Source: Arcobacter sp. (GTDB lineage: Bacteria; Campylobacterota; Campylobacteria; Campylobacterales; Arcobacteraceae). From it: 16,185 bases of DNA. Each line of letters begins with the position of its first letter. Within the stretch, counting starts at the first letter, position 1. Shown piece by piece: positions 1-10,090 of this stretch. The notes under the pieces were generated by a model. It saw only the letters and a program-made list of their open reading frames with translations, ran no database searches and had not been told where the DNA came from. The stretch lies in the NCBI GenBank assembly GCA_965662175.1, contig CBFIGT010000048.1, positions 1 to 16,185 on the forward strand, written 5' to 3'. The translations under genes and the position numbers were made by a program.

Positions 1-8
1 AAAAAATG

Positions 9-14
9 TATAAT
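9..14 (+). promoter_or_regulatory. candidate sigma70 -10 box for the FlaG-like gene
   Basis: TATAAT at 9-14, upstream of SD AGGAG (51-55) and ATG at 61. AT-rich context, so a chance match is possible. Confidence 0.35.
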
Positions 15-60
15 ACTTTTAAGGCAATATTAAAGAGTGATACTTAATAAAGGAGCTTTT

Positions 61-450
61 ATGGAATTTGGACAAATACCACAGCTTAATGAGTTTCAAG
101 CGCAAAGTATAAAGAATTTAGAAATTGTTGATAGAAGTGCTTCTTCAAATTTGATTAATTCTGAAAAAGAGCCTAAAGAAGTTCTTAAAGTTGAAGATAC
201 GCAACTTGAAAAATTTAAAGAAATAAAAGTTGAAAAAGGTAATTTCTCAACATACAATGAAGTAAATTTAACAAACTTAAATTTTGGATACAATGCTGAA
301 TCCAAAGACTTTTTTATAAAAGTTAAAAGGGGTGATGTTGAAAGTCAATACCCAACTGATGAGATGATGAGAATGAAAGCATATTTAATGAGTGCAAATG
401 AAAAATCTGCTCAAGAAAATTCATCTGCAAGTAAAATTGATGCTAGTTAG
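61..450 (+). CDS. FlaG-like small protein (129 aa), otherwise hypothetical
   Basis: SD AGGAG 5 nt before ATG 61 favours this start over GTG 37. The C-terminus NLNFGYNAESKDFFIKVKRG..SQYPTDEMMRM resembles the FlaG pattern LxF...vkV...RQIPxEE. Confidence 0.55.
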   Translation: MEFGQIPQLNEFQAQSIKNLEIVDRSASSNLINSEKEPKEVLKVEDTQLEKFKEIKVEKGNFSTYNEVNLTNLNFGYNAESKDFFIKVKRGDVESQYPTDEMMRMKAYLMSANEKSAQENSSASKIDAS

Positions 451-754
451 TTATTTGAACTCTCTTTTTTTCAAGTAAATCTCTAGCTTCAAAATATCTG
501 TTTTTATTATCAATATCAACAACTTTTAATAAATCTTTATACTTTTCAAAAACTTTCCAAATTTTTTCATAAGCAGCATATCTATTTTTTCTATATAAAG
601 CCAAAGCTGTTGCTCCATTTATAAGCCCTTGTACAGCTTTTGCTTTTTGTTTTTGTTCAGATTTTTTATAAGCTCTCCATTCATCTTCTAAAAGTTCATG
701 GGCTTCAACAAATTTCTCATCTTCAAGGGCTTTTATAAAACAATTTATACTCAA
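443..754 (-). CDS. DUF309 domain protein
   Basis: FVEAHELLEDEW and QGLINGATA match DUF309 (F.EAHE.LE..W...QGLI..A). TTG start overlaps the uvrA stop (TTGA). Confidence 0.75.
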   Translation of the reverse strand: MSINCFIKALEDEKFVEAHELLEDEWRAYKKSEQKQKAKAVQGLINGATALALYRKNRYAAYEKIWKVFEKYKDLLKVVDIDNKNRYFEARDLLEKKRVQITN

Positions 755-3564
755 GAGTTTATCTCTTTATCTAAATAGTATCCTGTATATGAGCCACTTT
801 TTTTATGATTAGCAGCTAATTGTTCAGGTGTTCCCTCATCAACTATCATTCCACCTTTATTTCCACCCTCAGGTCCCATATCTATTACCCAATCAGAGTT
901 TTTAACAATATCTAAATTATGCTCAATTACTAAAACAGAGTTCCCTAAATCAACTAAATGATGAAGCACTTTTGTTAATCTATCAACATCAGCAAAATGA
1001 AGACCTGTTGTTGGTTCATCTAATACATATAGAGTATTTCCCGTATCTTTTTTACTAAGCTCTTTTGATAATTTAATTATTTGGGCTTCTCCACCTGAAA
1101 GTGTAACGGCATTTTGTCCTAATGTAATATATCCTAAAACTACATTTTGTAAGGTTTCTAGTTTTGAATGTACTTTAGGTACTTTTTTAAAAAATTCAAA
1201 GGCTTCATCTACACTCATATTAAGAACATCAGAGATTGATTTTCCTTTATATAATATTTCTAGTGTTTGTGTATTATATCTTCTACCATGGCACTCATCA
1301 CATTTCACCATGATATCAGGTAAAAAGTGCATCTCAATTTTTATTTCACCTTCACCTTGACACTTCTCACATCTTCCACCTTTAACATTAAAAGAGAATC
1401 TTCCTATTTGATAACCTCTTAGTTGTGCCTCTTTTGTTTTTGAAAAGAGTGTTCTAATCTCATCCATAAGTCCTGTATATGTTGCAGGATTTGATCTTGG
1501 TGTTCTTCCTATTGGACTTTGGTCTAAATATATTACCTTATCAAGATCTTCAAGTCCTTCAATAGTAACACCATCAACTTTATTTACTTTTCTTGCATGA
1601 TTTAAAAGCTCTTTTGCTGTTGGAAGTAGGGTTTGTAAAATAAGTGATGATTTACCACTTCCACTAACTCCTGTAATTGCACATAGATTTTTAAGTGGGA
1701 TTTTTACACTTAAGTCTTTGATATTGTTTATAGTTACATCTTTTATTTCTATAAATTTTTCTTGAGGTCTATTATGTGGATAATCTATTTTTTTCTTACC
1801 TGTTACATATTTGGCAGTTAGGGTATTAGCTTTTTTCATTTTTGCTAATGTTCCCTCAAATACAATCTCTCCACCATATTTTCCTGCATTTGGTCCTATA
1901 TCAACTATATAATCAGCAGCTTCAATAGTCTCTTTATCATGCTCAACTACAATTACAGTATTACCTTTCTCTTGTAATGCTCTTAGAGTTTTAATAAGTT
2001 TACTTGTATCTCTTTCATGCAAACCAATTGAGGGTTCATCAAGTACATACATAACTCCTGTAAGACCTGAACCAATTTGTGAGGCTACTCTAATTCTTTG
2101 GGCTTCTCCCCCTGAAATAGTCCTAGCATCTCTTCCTAGGGTAATATAACCTAATCCAACGTCATTTAAGAAAAATATTCGTTCACGTATCTCTTTTAAA
2201 ATTGGTGCTGAAATCATTTGTGATTGTTTAGAAAAATATTTAAAATTTTCATCATCATGAAAAAATTTATAAGCCTCTTCAATAGGTAGTGTAATAATCT
2301 CTGAAATAGTTTTATTTGCTACACGTACAGCTTGAGAAGAGGGTTTTAATCTATTACCCTTACAATCACTACAAGCTTTTTCAGTCATATATTCACCTAA
2401 ATCTTTTTCATCTTTTATCATATCATAGGCAATTTTTACTACACCTTCCCATTTTCTTGTTAGGGTATGTCTTTTCCATGTAAATACAGCATCCTCAACT
2501 CCACCATGTAAAATTGATTTTTTTTCATAATCTTTAAGCTCCTCAAAAGGAATAGTTGTACTTATTTTGGCACCCTCACAATATGCTTTAAGCATCTTAA
2601 AGTAGTAACCTTTATTAAATCCATATATAACCCTAACAGCTCCATCATCAATACTTAAACTCTCATTGATTACTTTTTTCATATCAAGGGCATATCTAAT
2701 TCCTAAACCATCACAAGTTGGACAAGCACCTTTTGGTGAGTTAAAAGAGAAAGTCAAGGGTTCAAGTGGCTCAAAAGAGATTTTACAATCAAAACAAGCC
2801 ATATGTTCACTATAATGAATATGTTTTTCAACTCCTAACTCTTCATGATTTAAAATTTCAACCTCAAGCTCTCCGAAACTCTCTTTTAGACCTTTTTCAA
2901 CATCTTGGGCAATTCTATCTTTGTTTTCATCTTTTATTACAACCCTATCAATTACTACTTTGATGGTATGCATTTGACTTTTCCCAAGCTCTATCTCTTC
3001 ATCAAGTCTAACCATAACACCATCAATCATAGCTCTAACATAACCTTTTCCCCTAAGGCTTTCTAAAAGGTCAGCAAAGCTACCTTTTTTTCTATTTACT
3101 AAGGGTGCCAAAATTACAATTTTAGCATTTTCAGGAAGCAATAGCACTTGCTCAATTACGTCACTAGCACTCATTTTTGATATTGGTTTATTACATTTAT
3201 GACAGTGTTGAGTTCCTACTCTTGAGTATAGTAGTCTAAAATAATCATAAACTTCTGTAATAGTACCAACTGTTGAACGTGGATTTTTAGAAGTTGTTTT
3301 TTGGTCAATTGCAATTGCAGGTGTTAAACCCTCAATTCTTTCAACATCAGGTTTTCCTACTTTGTCTAAGAATTGTCTAGCATAAGCAGAGAGTGATTCT
3401 ATATATCTTCTTTGCCCCTCAGCATATAAAGTATCAAAGGCTAAAGTAGATTTTCCACTTCCTGAAAGTCCTGTAAAAACAATAAGTTTGTTTTTTGGGA
3501 TTTCTAAATTGATATTTTTTAGATTATTCTCTTTTGCATTAAATATTTTAATTGTATTATTCAT
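751..3564 (-). CDS. uvrA: excinuclease ABC subunit A (UvrA)
   Basis: 937 aa. Two ABC ATPase domains (GLSGSGKS, GVSGSGKS; SGGEAQ; LDEP), FDTLYAEGQRRY, CxxC zinc modules, QSPIGRTPRSNP. Confidence 0.99.
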   Translation of the reverse strand: MNNTIKIFNAKENNLKNINLEIPKNKLIVFTGLSGSGKSTLAFDTLYAEGQRRYIESLSAYARQFLDKVGKPDVERIEGLTPAIAIDQKTTSKNPRSTVGTITEVYDYFRLLYSRVGTQHCHKCNKPISKMSASDVIEQVLLLPENAKIVILAPLVNRKKGSFADLLESLRGKGYVRAMIDGVMVRLDEEIELGKSQMHTIKVVIDRVVIKDENKDRIAQDVEKGLKESFGELEVEILNHEELGVEKHIHYSEHMACFDCKISFEPLEPLTFSFNSPKGACPTCDGLGIRYALDMKKVINESLSIDDGAVRVIYGFNKGYYFKMLKAYCEGAKISTTIPFEELKDYEKKSILHGGVEDAVFTWKRHTLTRKWEGVVKIAYDMIKDEKDLGEYMTEKACSDCKGNRLKPSSQAVRVANKTISEIITLPIEEAYKFFHDDENFKYFSKQSQMISAPILKEIRERIFFLNDVGLGYITLGRDARTISGGEAQRIRVASQIGSGLTGVMYVLDEPSIGLHERDTSKLIKTLRALQEKGNTVIVVEHDKETIEAADYIVDIGPNAGKYGGEIVFEGTLAKMKKANTLTAKYVTGKKKIDYPHNRPQEKFIEIKDVTINNIKDLSVKIPLKNLCAITGVSGSGKSSLILQTLLPTAKELLNHARKVNKVDGVTIEGLEDLDKVIYLDQSPIGRTPRSNPATYTGLMDEIRTLFSKTKEAQLRGYQIGRFSFNVKGGRCEKCQGEGEIKIEMHFLPDIMVKCDECHGRRYNTQTLEILYKGKSISDVLNMSVDEAFEFFKKVPKVHSKLETLQNVVLGYITLGQNAVTLSGGEAQIIKLSKELSKKDTGNTLYVLDEPTTGLHFADVDRLTKVLHHLVDLGNSVLVIEHNLDIVKNSDWVIDMGPEGGNKGGMIVDEGTPEQLAANHKKSGSYTGYYLDKEINS

Positions 3565-3607
3565 AAAATTTTATCCATTATAATTTTTTCTTATCACGTA
3601 AATATGC

Positions 3608-3616
3608 ATTATACCA
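3608..3616 (-). promoter_or_regulatory. extended -10 promoter (TGnTATAAT) of uvrA
   Basis: Minus strand reads TGGTATAAT about 45 nt upstream of the uvrA ATG, the typical Campylobacterota sigma70 form. Confidence 0.65.
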
Positions 3617-3669
3617 AATAAAAATGAAACTAAATATATAAAAAATGTAAGTTAAAAAATCTAAGCTTA

Positions 3670-5559
3670 TTAATCTTTTTCTATATGTATAGTTTGAGTT
3701 GGAAATGCAAATTCACAAGAATTTTTTTTCACAAGATTTGAAATTTTTATAATTACATCTTGTTTTGTTTTTAGCCAATCTTCCCAATCAGCACTTCTAC
3801 TAAAACAGTAAACTAAGATATTTATAGAGCTATTACTATATTCATCAATATAAACTAATAAATTGTTTTTAATCCCTAATAAATCCTCTTTTTTTAGTAA
3901 ATATGGTTTTTTGTCAATATTCAATTTATTTGTAGATATTTCAGGATGATTTTGCAACATCTCTCTTATATCTTCAACAAGATTTTCAATATTATCCATT
4001 TTTGAAGAGTAAGTTACTCCTATGGACATTTTTATTCTTCTTCCTATTACTCTTTTTGACCAGTTTATAATAGCTATATTTGCTAATTGTGCATTTGGTA
4101 CTGTTATCATTGCATTTGCAAATGTTCTAATTCTTGTTGTTCTCATTCTTATATCAACTACAGTACCCTCAATTGTTCCAGCTTCAATCCAATCTCCTTG
4201 AGAAAAAGAGTTATCAGTAATAATATTTAATGAACCAAAAAAGTTTGATAGTGTATCTTTTGCAGCAAGTGCAACTGCAATACCACCAATTCCAAGGGAG
4301 GCTAAAATAGCTTTAATATCTAAATCAAGTTGAATAAATAAAAATAAAAAAATAAATATTATAATTAAAACTTTAGTAATTCTAAGTACAAAATCAACCA
4401 TCTCTTTTCGCATATTTGGATAGTGTTTAAAAATCTCATCAGATGATAAATTTATATAATTACTTAAAACCTTATATAATAAGAGACTTATTAAAGCAAT
4501 ATATGCTGTATTAAACCAGGGTGTTAAAAAATATATTTTACGGCTATCATCAATTAATAAAAAAATTGATAACTCAATTGTAAAGATATAAAGTATTAGG
4601 CTAAATGTAAAGTTAAAACTATTTGGAATAATCTCATCTATTCTAAAATGAAGGTATTTTATTAATATTTTTTTTAGTAATTTACCAAAAAAAGGCATTA
4701 TTACTTTTTTAAATATTATAAAAAATATAAAAATTACAAACAGAATAGTTAGTTTTCCAATAGAGAGATTTAAGTGATAAGTTAAGATATTAGATAGATT
4801 TTTTGTATAAGGATTATTATCAATTTTTTCAATTATATATTTCATACTTAATTCATCTAAAATAAAATTTTTTTCTCTATACTCATTTATATTAGTTTTT
4901 AAATAGTTAAATATTAATAAATTAGCTTTTATTTGTGCTTCTAAGTGTTTATAAACTTTTTTATACTCTTTTGATAGGCTATCTTGATTTAATAAAACTT
5001 AATTATAAATATTTTTAAAATTATCTATATTAATTGAGCTAGTTTTATTCATCTTTTCATCTAATAAATTAAAAAAGAATTTTTTATTTTTAAAAGAGTT
5101 TTTTCCAATTATTATCTCATTTATAGTCTCTGCAAATGTTTTTTCATTCTCTTGAATTAAAACTTTAATTGTATCCCTTGAAACAGCTAAACTATTATCA
5201 TGTTTTGAGTTAATATCAATTTTACTACTTAAGTATCTTAGGTTTTTTTCATAGTTTTGTTCATCAAATTGATAAGAAATCTCTTTATTAATATTTTTTA
5301 TGATTTTTTCAATTTCATTCTCTATTTTTTCAATTTGTTTATCACTATTTGTTTTTAGAGTTTTACTTTGAATAAGTTGTATTATAAAACCCAAATCGTA
5401 TGAACTTATACTACTTATTTTATCACTATTTATTTTGTCAAGATTATTTTCATTATTTAATTGGCTTTGGGTATCATCATATGAATCTAGGGCAAAAGTT
5501 TGTAAACTAAATAATAAAACTAGAACTATAATATTTATTAAAGTTTTTAAATTTTTCAT
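3670..5559 (-). pseudogene. large MscS-family mechanosensitive channel (about 629 codons) interrupted by one in-frame TAA at 4999-5001
   Basis: ORFs 4999..5559 and 3670..4845 share a frame and the intervening codons are open (..KNIYN*VLLNQDSLSKEYKK...ILDELSMKYII..). N-terminal signal peptide. MscS motifs LASLGIGGIAVALAAKDTLSNFFGS, GDWI, EGTVVDIRMRTT, VPNA, FAFPTQT. Confidence 0.88.
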
Positions 5560-5579
5560 TTTATTCTCAATTTTGTATA

Positions 5580-6317
5580 TTAAAAAAATGTTTTATACAC
5601 CATCATAAAAAGAGTAATAGTGTATAAAATTAAAACATATTTTTTGTATGAACTTACATTTATCATATGTTTCGCTTTTATTCCTAAGTATACACCAAAA
5701 AGTGAAGCAATACCAACAGTAGCACCCTCACTATAAAGCATATGTCCATTTAAACTTAAAGATATAAATCCAGCACTTGAAGAAAAAATTACAAAAAATA
5801 GACCCAAAGATGTTGCTATTTTCAATTTATAGTGCATAAATGCAACTAATATAGGTGTTAGCATAATAGAACCACCAACTCCAATACTCATAGCAATCAT
5901 ACCAATAATAGCACCTATTAGTATAAGCATTATTTTAGAGTGTTTTTTTACTTCAATATCTTGTTCAGCGGGAGTTGAAAATATTTTTAATATTGAAAAA
6001 ATTAATATGGCTATAAAAAAGTATTGTAGGGTTTCATTTGATAATGATGAGATAATAAATCCAGAAGATAAACCTCCTAAAAAGCCACCAACTCCTATTA
6101 ATATACCATCAACTAAAACTCCAGATTGTTTTTTGCTATTTAAGAAAGAGCCAAATATTGAGCTAAATATCATTTGCATAATTGAAATTGATATTGCTTC
6201 TTTCATCAGAAATCCAGCCATCAATAGCATTGGAACAAGAATCATTCCTCCTCCAACACCAAAGAAACCGGATATAAATCCTGTTAAAACTCCAAAAAAT
6301 AAAAGCTCTAATATCAT
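5580..6317 (-). CDS. TauE/SafE family sulfite exporter-like membrane protein
   Basis: 245 aa hydrophobic protein with the duplicated motif SGFFGVGGGMILVP / SIGVGGSIMLTP. TAATG coupling to cysE. Confidence 0.88.
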   Translation of the reverse strand: MILELLFFGVLTGFISGFFGVGGGMILVPMLLMAGFLMKEAISISIMQMIFSSIFGSFLNSKKQSGVLVDGILIGVGGFLGGLSSGFIISSLSNETLQYFFIAILIFSILKIFSTPAEQDIEVKKHSKIMLILIGAIIGMIAMSIGVGGSIMLTPILVAFMHYKLKIATSLGLFFVIFSSSAGFISLSLNGHMLYSEGATVGIASLFGVYLGIKAKHMINVSSYKKYVLILYTITLFMMVYKTFF

Positions 6318-7069
6318 TATTTAATAGAGTTCATAGCTGAAATAAATTTTTTGTAAATAGACTCTAATTCATGGTCTTCATTACTTATATCTATTCCTTC
6401 ATGTTTTTTAATTGCATGTTCAAGTACAGCAACTCTTTTTAGAAGATATTCAAACATCTCTTTATTAATATCAGGTAAATCAGCATGATTTAACTTACCA
6501 TTTTTATCTTCTCTTTTTATAATTTTTGCAGGAACTCCAACAGCTGTTGAGTTTTTTGGTACATCACAAATTACAACAGAGTTTGCACCAATTTTACTAT
6601 TTTTTCCTACTGTAATATTTCCTAGAACTTTTGCTCCACTTCCAATTACAGAGTTTGCTTTAATAGTAGGGTGTCTTTTTCCTTTGTTTAAACTAACACC
6701 ACCTAAAGTTACACCTTGATAAATAAGAACATCATCTTCAATAATTGCAGTTTCACCAATAACAACACCAATTCCATGGTCAATAAAAACACGTCTTCCT
6801 ATTGTTGCTGCTGGGTGAATATCCATATTACAAAAAAATTGAGTTAATCCCATAATAATTCTAGCAAATAGTTTCCAACCTCTATTATAAAGTCTATTTG
6901 CAACCCTATGATTTATCATTGCCCAAACACCTGGATAATTGAAAAAAAGTTCAATATTTGAGTTTAGGGCAGGGTCATTTAGTTTTGGAACTGAAAAATC
7001 CTCTCTTATTTGTTTCCATAGGGAAATTTTTGGATCTAATTTGTCATTATCTAAATCATCATCATTCAT
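6317..7069 (-). CDS. cysE: serine O-acetyltransferase
   Basis: DIHPAATIGRRVFIDHGIGVVIGETA, QGVTLGG, KRHPT, GAKVLGNI, IGANSVV, VGVPAK hexapeptide motifs. Confidence 0.97.
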   Translation of the reverse strand: MNDDDLDNDKLDPKISLWKQIREDFSVPKLNDPALNSNIELFFNYPGVWAMINHRVANRLYNRGWKLFARIIMGLTQFFCNMDIHPAATIGRRVFIDHGIGVVIGETAIIEDDVLIYQGVTLGGVSLNKGKRHPTIKANSVIGSGAKVLGNITVGKNSKIGANSVVICDVPKNSTAVGVPAKIIKREDKNGKLNHADLPDINKEMFEYLLKRVAVLEHAIKKHEGIDISNEDHELESIYKKFISAMNSIK

Positions 7070-8867
7070 AATAACTCCATATAGTTTTTAAATAACTATT
7101 TTCATTTAAGTATTTATCTAAAATATTATATATATCTTCAGATAGATTTTTTGATAAAATTGCCTTCATCTCTTCTGTATCATAATCAATATCTTCTAGA
7201 ATATCAATTATCTTTTGAGACTCTAATATTTTTTCTAAATTAACTTCACCATCTTTAAATATTACATTAACTTCAGTTGGATGAGAAAAAAGATTATGTT
7301 TCATACCCAAGGTATCTTGATAAGCACCAACATTAAAAAAACCTATAAAATAGTCTTGTTGATTTAGATTTACATCATGTAAATAAAGAGGTTTTTTCAT
7401 ATCAAATGGTAACTCTCCATCACTATCACAAGTAATATCCCATAATGAAGCACTTCTTGTTGGTTTTTTATCAAGATGAGTTATAGGCATAATTGGAAAC
7501 TCTTGGTCAATTCCCCAATAATCAGGAAGTGATTGAAACAGTGAGAAGTTTAATAAATACTTCTCTTGAATATTTTCATCAAGTTTTTTTAACTCTCCAT
7601 AATCATCTATCTCAAGTAGTGATATTGCTTTTTTAATAATTTGATGTGTTAAAATTTCAGCATTTGATCTATCTTGTAAATCAATATAACCTAAATCAAA
7701 TAGTGTTAAAAGAGATTCCATATGGTCAATACTATCATGCATAAACTCATAAGCTGTTTTTTTGCTCATATCCCTATGTAAATAAAATAGCTCTTGTATT
7801 AAAGGAGGATTTACATCTTTTAATTTTAGATGGTCAAGCTCATATTCAGCTGAAAAAAGTTCTAAAACAGGAGCAATAAGTACAGTTGAAGCAGCTGAAA
7901 TAAATCTACCTGATTCAGTAAAAATATTTGGTTCCTCAACATCTTTTTGTTTTGCAATCTCTTTTAGTGTAAATACAACATCATTTGCAAACTCAGTTAA
8001 TGAATAAAATCTACTTCTTTCATAAGCACTATACTCAACAGCTAATCCTCCACCAATATTGATTGATGATAAGTTTGTAGCACCTAAGTTTTTAAGTTCA
8101 GCATAAATATGCCCTGACTCTCTTAATGCTTTTTTCAAAGGTTTAATAGAGTTCATAGCTGAACCAATATGGAAATGAATCATTGTTAAATATTTTACAA
8201 TAGAGTTATCTTCCATTAGTTCATAAGCTTCTAAAATCTCTGTTGAAGTTAAACCAAATTTAGAGTTTATTCCACCACTTTTAGCCCAAAGTCCACTTCC
8301 ACCACTATGAAGTCTAACTCTTAAACCAATACTTGGACACTCCATTTGAGTCTCTTTTAAAACTTCAACAATCATCTCAAGCTCATTTAAACCCTCAATA
8401 ATTAGTGTAATATTATGTCCCATTGATTTAGCAATAAAGCCTAAATGAATCATCTCTTTATCTTTAAATCCATTTACAGTAATAGGTGAACCCATATTAT
8501 TATATGTCATTGCAATAATAAGCTCAGCCTTACTTCCAGCTTCTAATCCATAATTATACTTTTTTCCCTCATTTACAAGTGGATGAATAAAGTTAGGAAG
8601 TTGATTAACTTTTAAAGGGAAAACAGCATTAAAACTACCTTTATAATCATATTCACTAATACTTGCATTAAATGTATCATAAAGTGTACTTATTTGTTTT
8701 TTTGTTATATGTGGAAATCTTAAAAGTAAAGGACCTTTAAAATCTTGTTGTCTTATCTCTTTTACTATTGATATTAGAGAGGGTTTACAATCATAATTTA
8801 CTTTTGCTAAACCATCTTCTATTATAAAATTATCATCACTCCAGATGTCAATACCATAGTTATTCAC
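7062..8867 (-). CDS. speA: biosynthetic arginine decarboxylase
   Basis: 601 aa. VFPLKVNQ (PLP lysine), GLEAGSKAEL, KFGL, HFHIGS, GGGLAVEY, ESGR, FQSLPDYWGI, DITCDSDG, GAYQD. GTG start overlaps the hisS stop. Confidence 0.97.
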   Translation of the reverse strand: MNNYGIDIWSDDNFIIEDGLAKVNYDCKPSLISIVKEIRQQDFKGPLLLRFPHITKKQISTLYDTFNASISEYDYKGSFNAVFPLKVNQLPNFIHPLVNEGKKYNYGLEAGSKAELIIAMTYNNMGSPITVNGFKDKEMIHLGFIAKSMGHNITLIIEGLNELEMIVEVLKETQMECPSIGLRVRLHSGGSGLWAKSGGINSKFGLTSTEILEAYELMEDNSIVKYLTMIHFHIGSAMNSIKPLKKALRESGHIYAELKNLGATNLSSINIGGGLAVEYSAYERSRFYSLTEFANDVVFTLKEIAKQKDVEEPNIFTESGRFISAASTVLIAPVLELFSAEYELDHLKLKDVNPPLIQELFYLHRDMSKKTAYEFMHDSIDHMESLLTLFDLGYIDLQDRSNAEILTHQIIKKAISLLEIDDYGELKKLDENIQEKYLLNFSLFQSLPDYWGIDQEFPIMPITHLDKKPTRSASLWDITCDSDGELPFDMKKPLYLHDVNLNQQDYFIGFFNVGAYQDTLGMKHNLFSHPTEVNVIFKDGEVNLEKILESQKIIDILEDIDYDTEEMKAILSKNLSEDIYNILDKYLNENSYLKTIWSYYE

Positions 8868-10090
8868 TAAAAATCCTCTATATTAAAATTTTTTTCTTCT
8901 TGTGTCTCAATATTTTTGGTGTATATTGTACCACTATTTAGTTCATTTTCGCCCATAAGTGCCACAATAGTTGCATTATGTTTTTCAGCCAATTTAAAAT
9001 GTTTACCAAAAGCTCTTGGTGTATACTCAATTACAGTTTTGCTTGTTTTTCTTTTATTAACTGCAATTTTTGTTAGGGTATTTAAAGCCTCTTGGCTAAG
9101 TGCACCTAAATATATAATATCCTCTTTTTTCTCTTGCATTTTTACAAGCTCTAGTAATCTTTCAATTCCTATTGCAAATCCAATTCCAGGAGTTGCACGA
9201 CCTCCTAAAAATTCAACAAGTCTATCATATCTTCCACCACCAGCAATAGCACTTTGAGCTCCAATTTCACTTGAAGTGAACTCAAAAGCTGTTTGAGAAT
9301 AGTAATCTAATCCTCTAACTAAGTTTGAATCAATTTCATAAGCAATTGCATTAAAATCTAAAATCTCTTTTAATTTTTCAAAATCACTATCACAATTTTG
9401 GCAAAGATTATTTGTAATTTTTGGAGCATCAACTAATAAAGATTGACATTTCTCATTTTTACAATCAAGTACTCTTATAGGATTTGTTTCAATTCTTCTA
9501 TTACAATCTTCACAAAGCTCACTTCTAAAGTTATTTAATGTTTTTACTAAATTCTCTTTATATTGAGGCATACATGAGGGACAGCCAAGAGAGTTAAGTT
9601 GTAGTTTAAATCCGATTTTAAAGAAGTCTAAAATCTCTTTTATCATCATTATAATATTTGCATCTTCATAAACAGAACTAACTCCAAATACTTCACAACC
9701 AAATTGGTGAAACTCTCTTAGTCTACCTTTTTGTGGTCTTTCATATCTAAACATAGGTCCATAATAGTACCATCTATATGTTCCACCGGCTCTATCAAAT
9801 TTGTTTTGTATAAAAGATCTAACAACTCCAGCTGTTCCCTCAGGTCTTAAACATACATCATTTTCACCTTTGTCTATAAATTGATACATCTCTTTGTTTA
9901 CAATATCACTACTTTCACCAACTGATCTTTTAAATAGTGCTGTTTCTTCTAAAATAGGAGTTTCTAGATATGTAAATCCATAGTTTTTGGCTATCTTAGC
10001 TGCATTTTCAATAAAATATGTAAATAATTCGCTTTCATTTCCTAAAATATCATTCATACCTCTTAGGCTTTGAATATTTTTTTTACTCAT
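8867..10090 (-). CDS. hisS: histidine--tRNA ligase (407 aa)
   Basis: RGMND, TPILEETALF, LRPEGTA, FRYERPQKGRLREFHQ, LVRGLDYY, GGGRYD, GFAIGIERL. Start placed at ATG 10090, overlapping the restored tmk stop. Confidence 0.98.
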   Translation of the reverse strand: MSKKNIQSLRGMNDILGNESELFTYFIENAAKIAKNYGFTYLETPILEETALFKRSVGESSDIVNKEMYQFIDKGENDVCLRPEGTAGVVRSFIQNKFDRAGGTYRWYYYGPMFRYERPQKGRLREFHQFGCEVFGVSSVYEDANIIMMIKEILDFFKIGFKLQLNSLGCPSCMPQYKENLVKTLNNFRSELCEDCNRRIETNPIRVLDCKNEKCQSLLVDAPKITNNLCQNCDSDFEKLKEILDFNAIAYEIDSNLVRGLDYYSQTAFEFTSSEIGAQSAIAGGGRYDRLVEFLGGRATPGIGFAIGIERLLELVKMQEKKEDIIYLGALSQEALNTLTKIAVNKRKTSKTVIEYTPRAFGKHFKLAEKHNATIVALMGENELNSGTIYTKNIETQEEKNFNIEDF

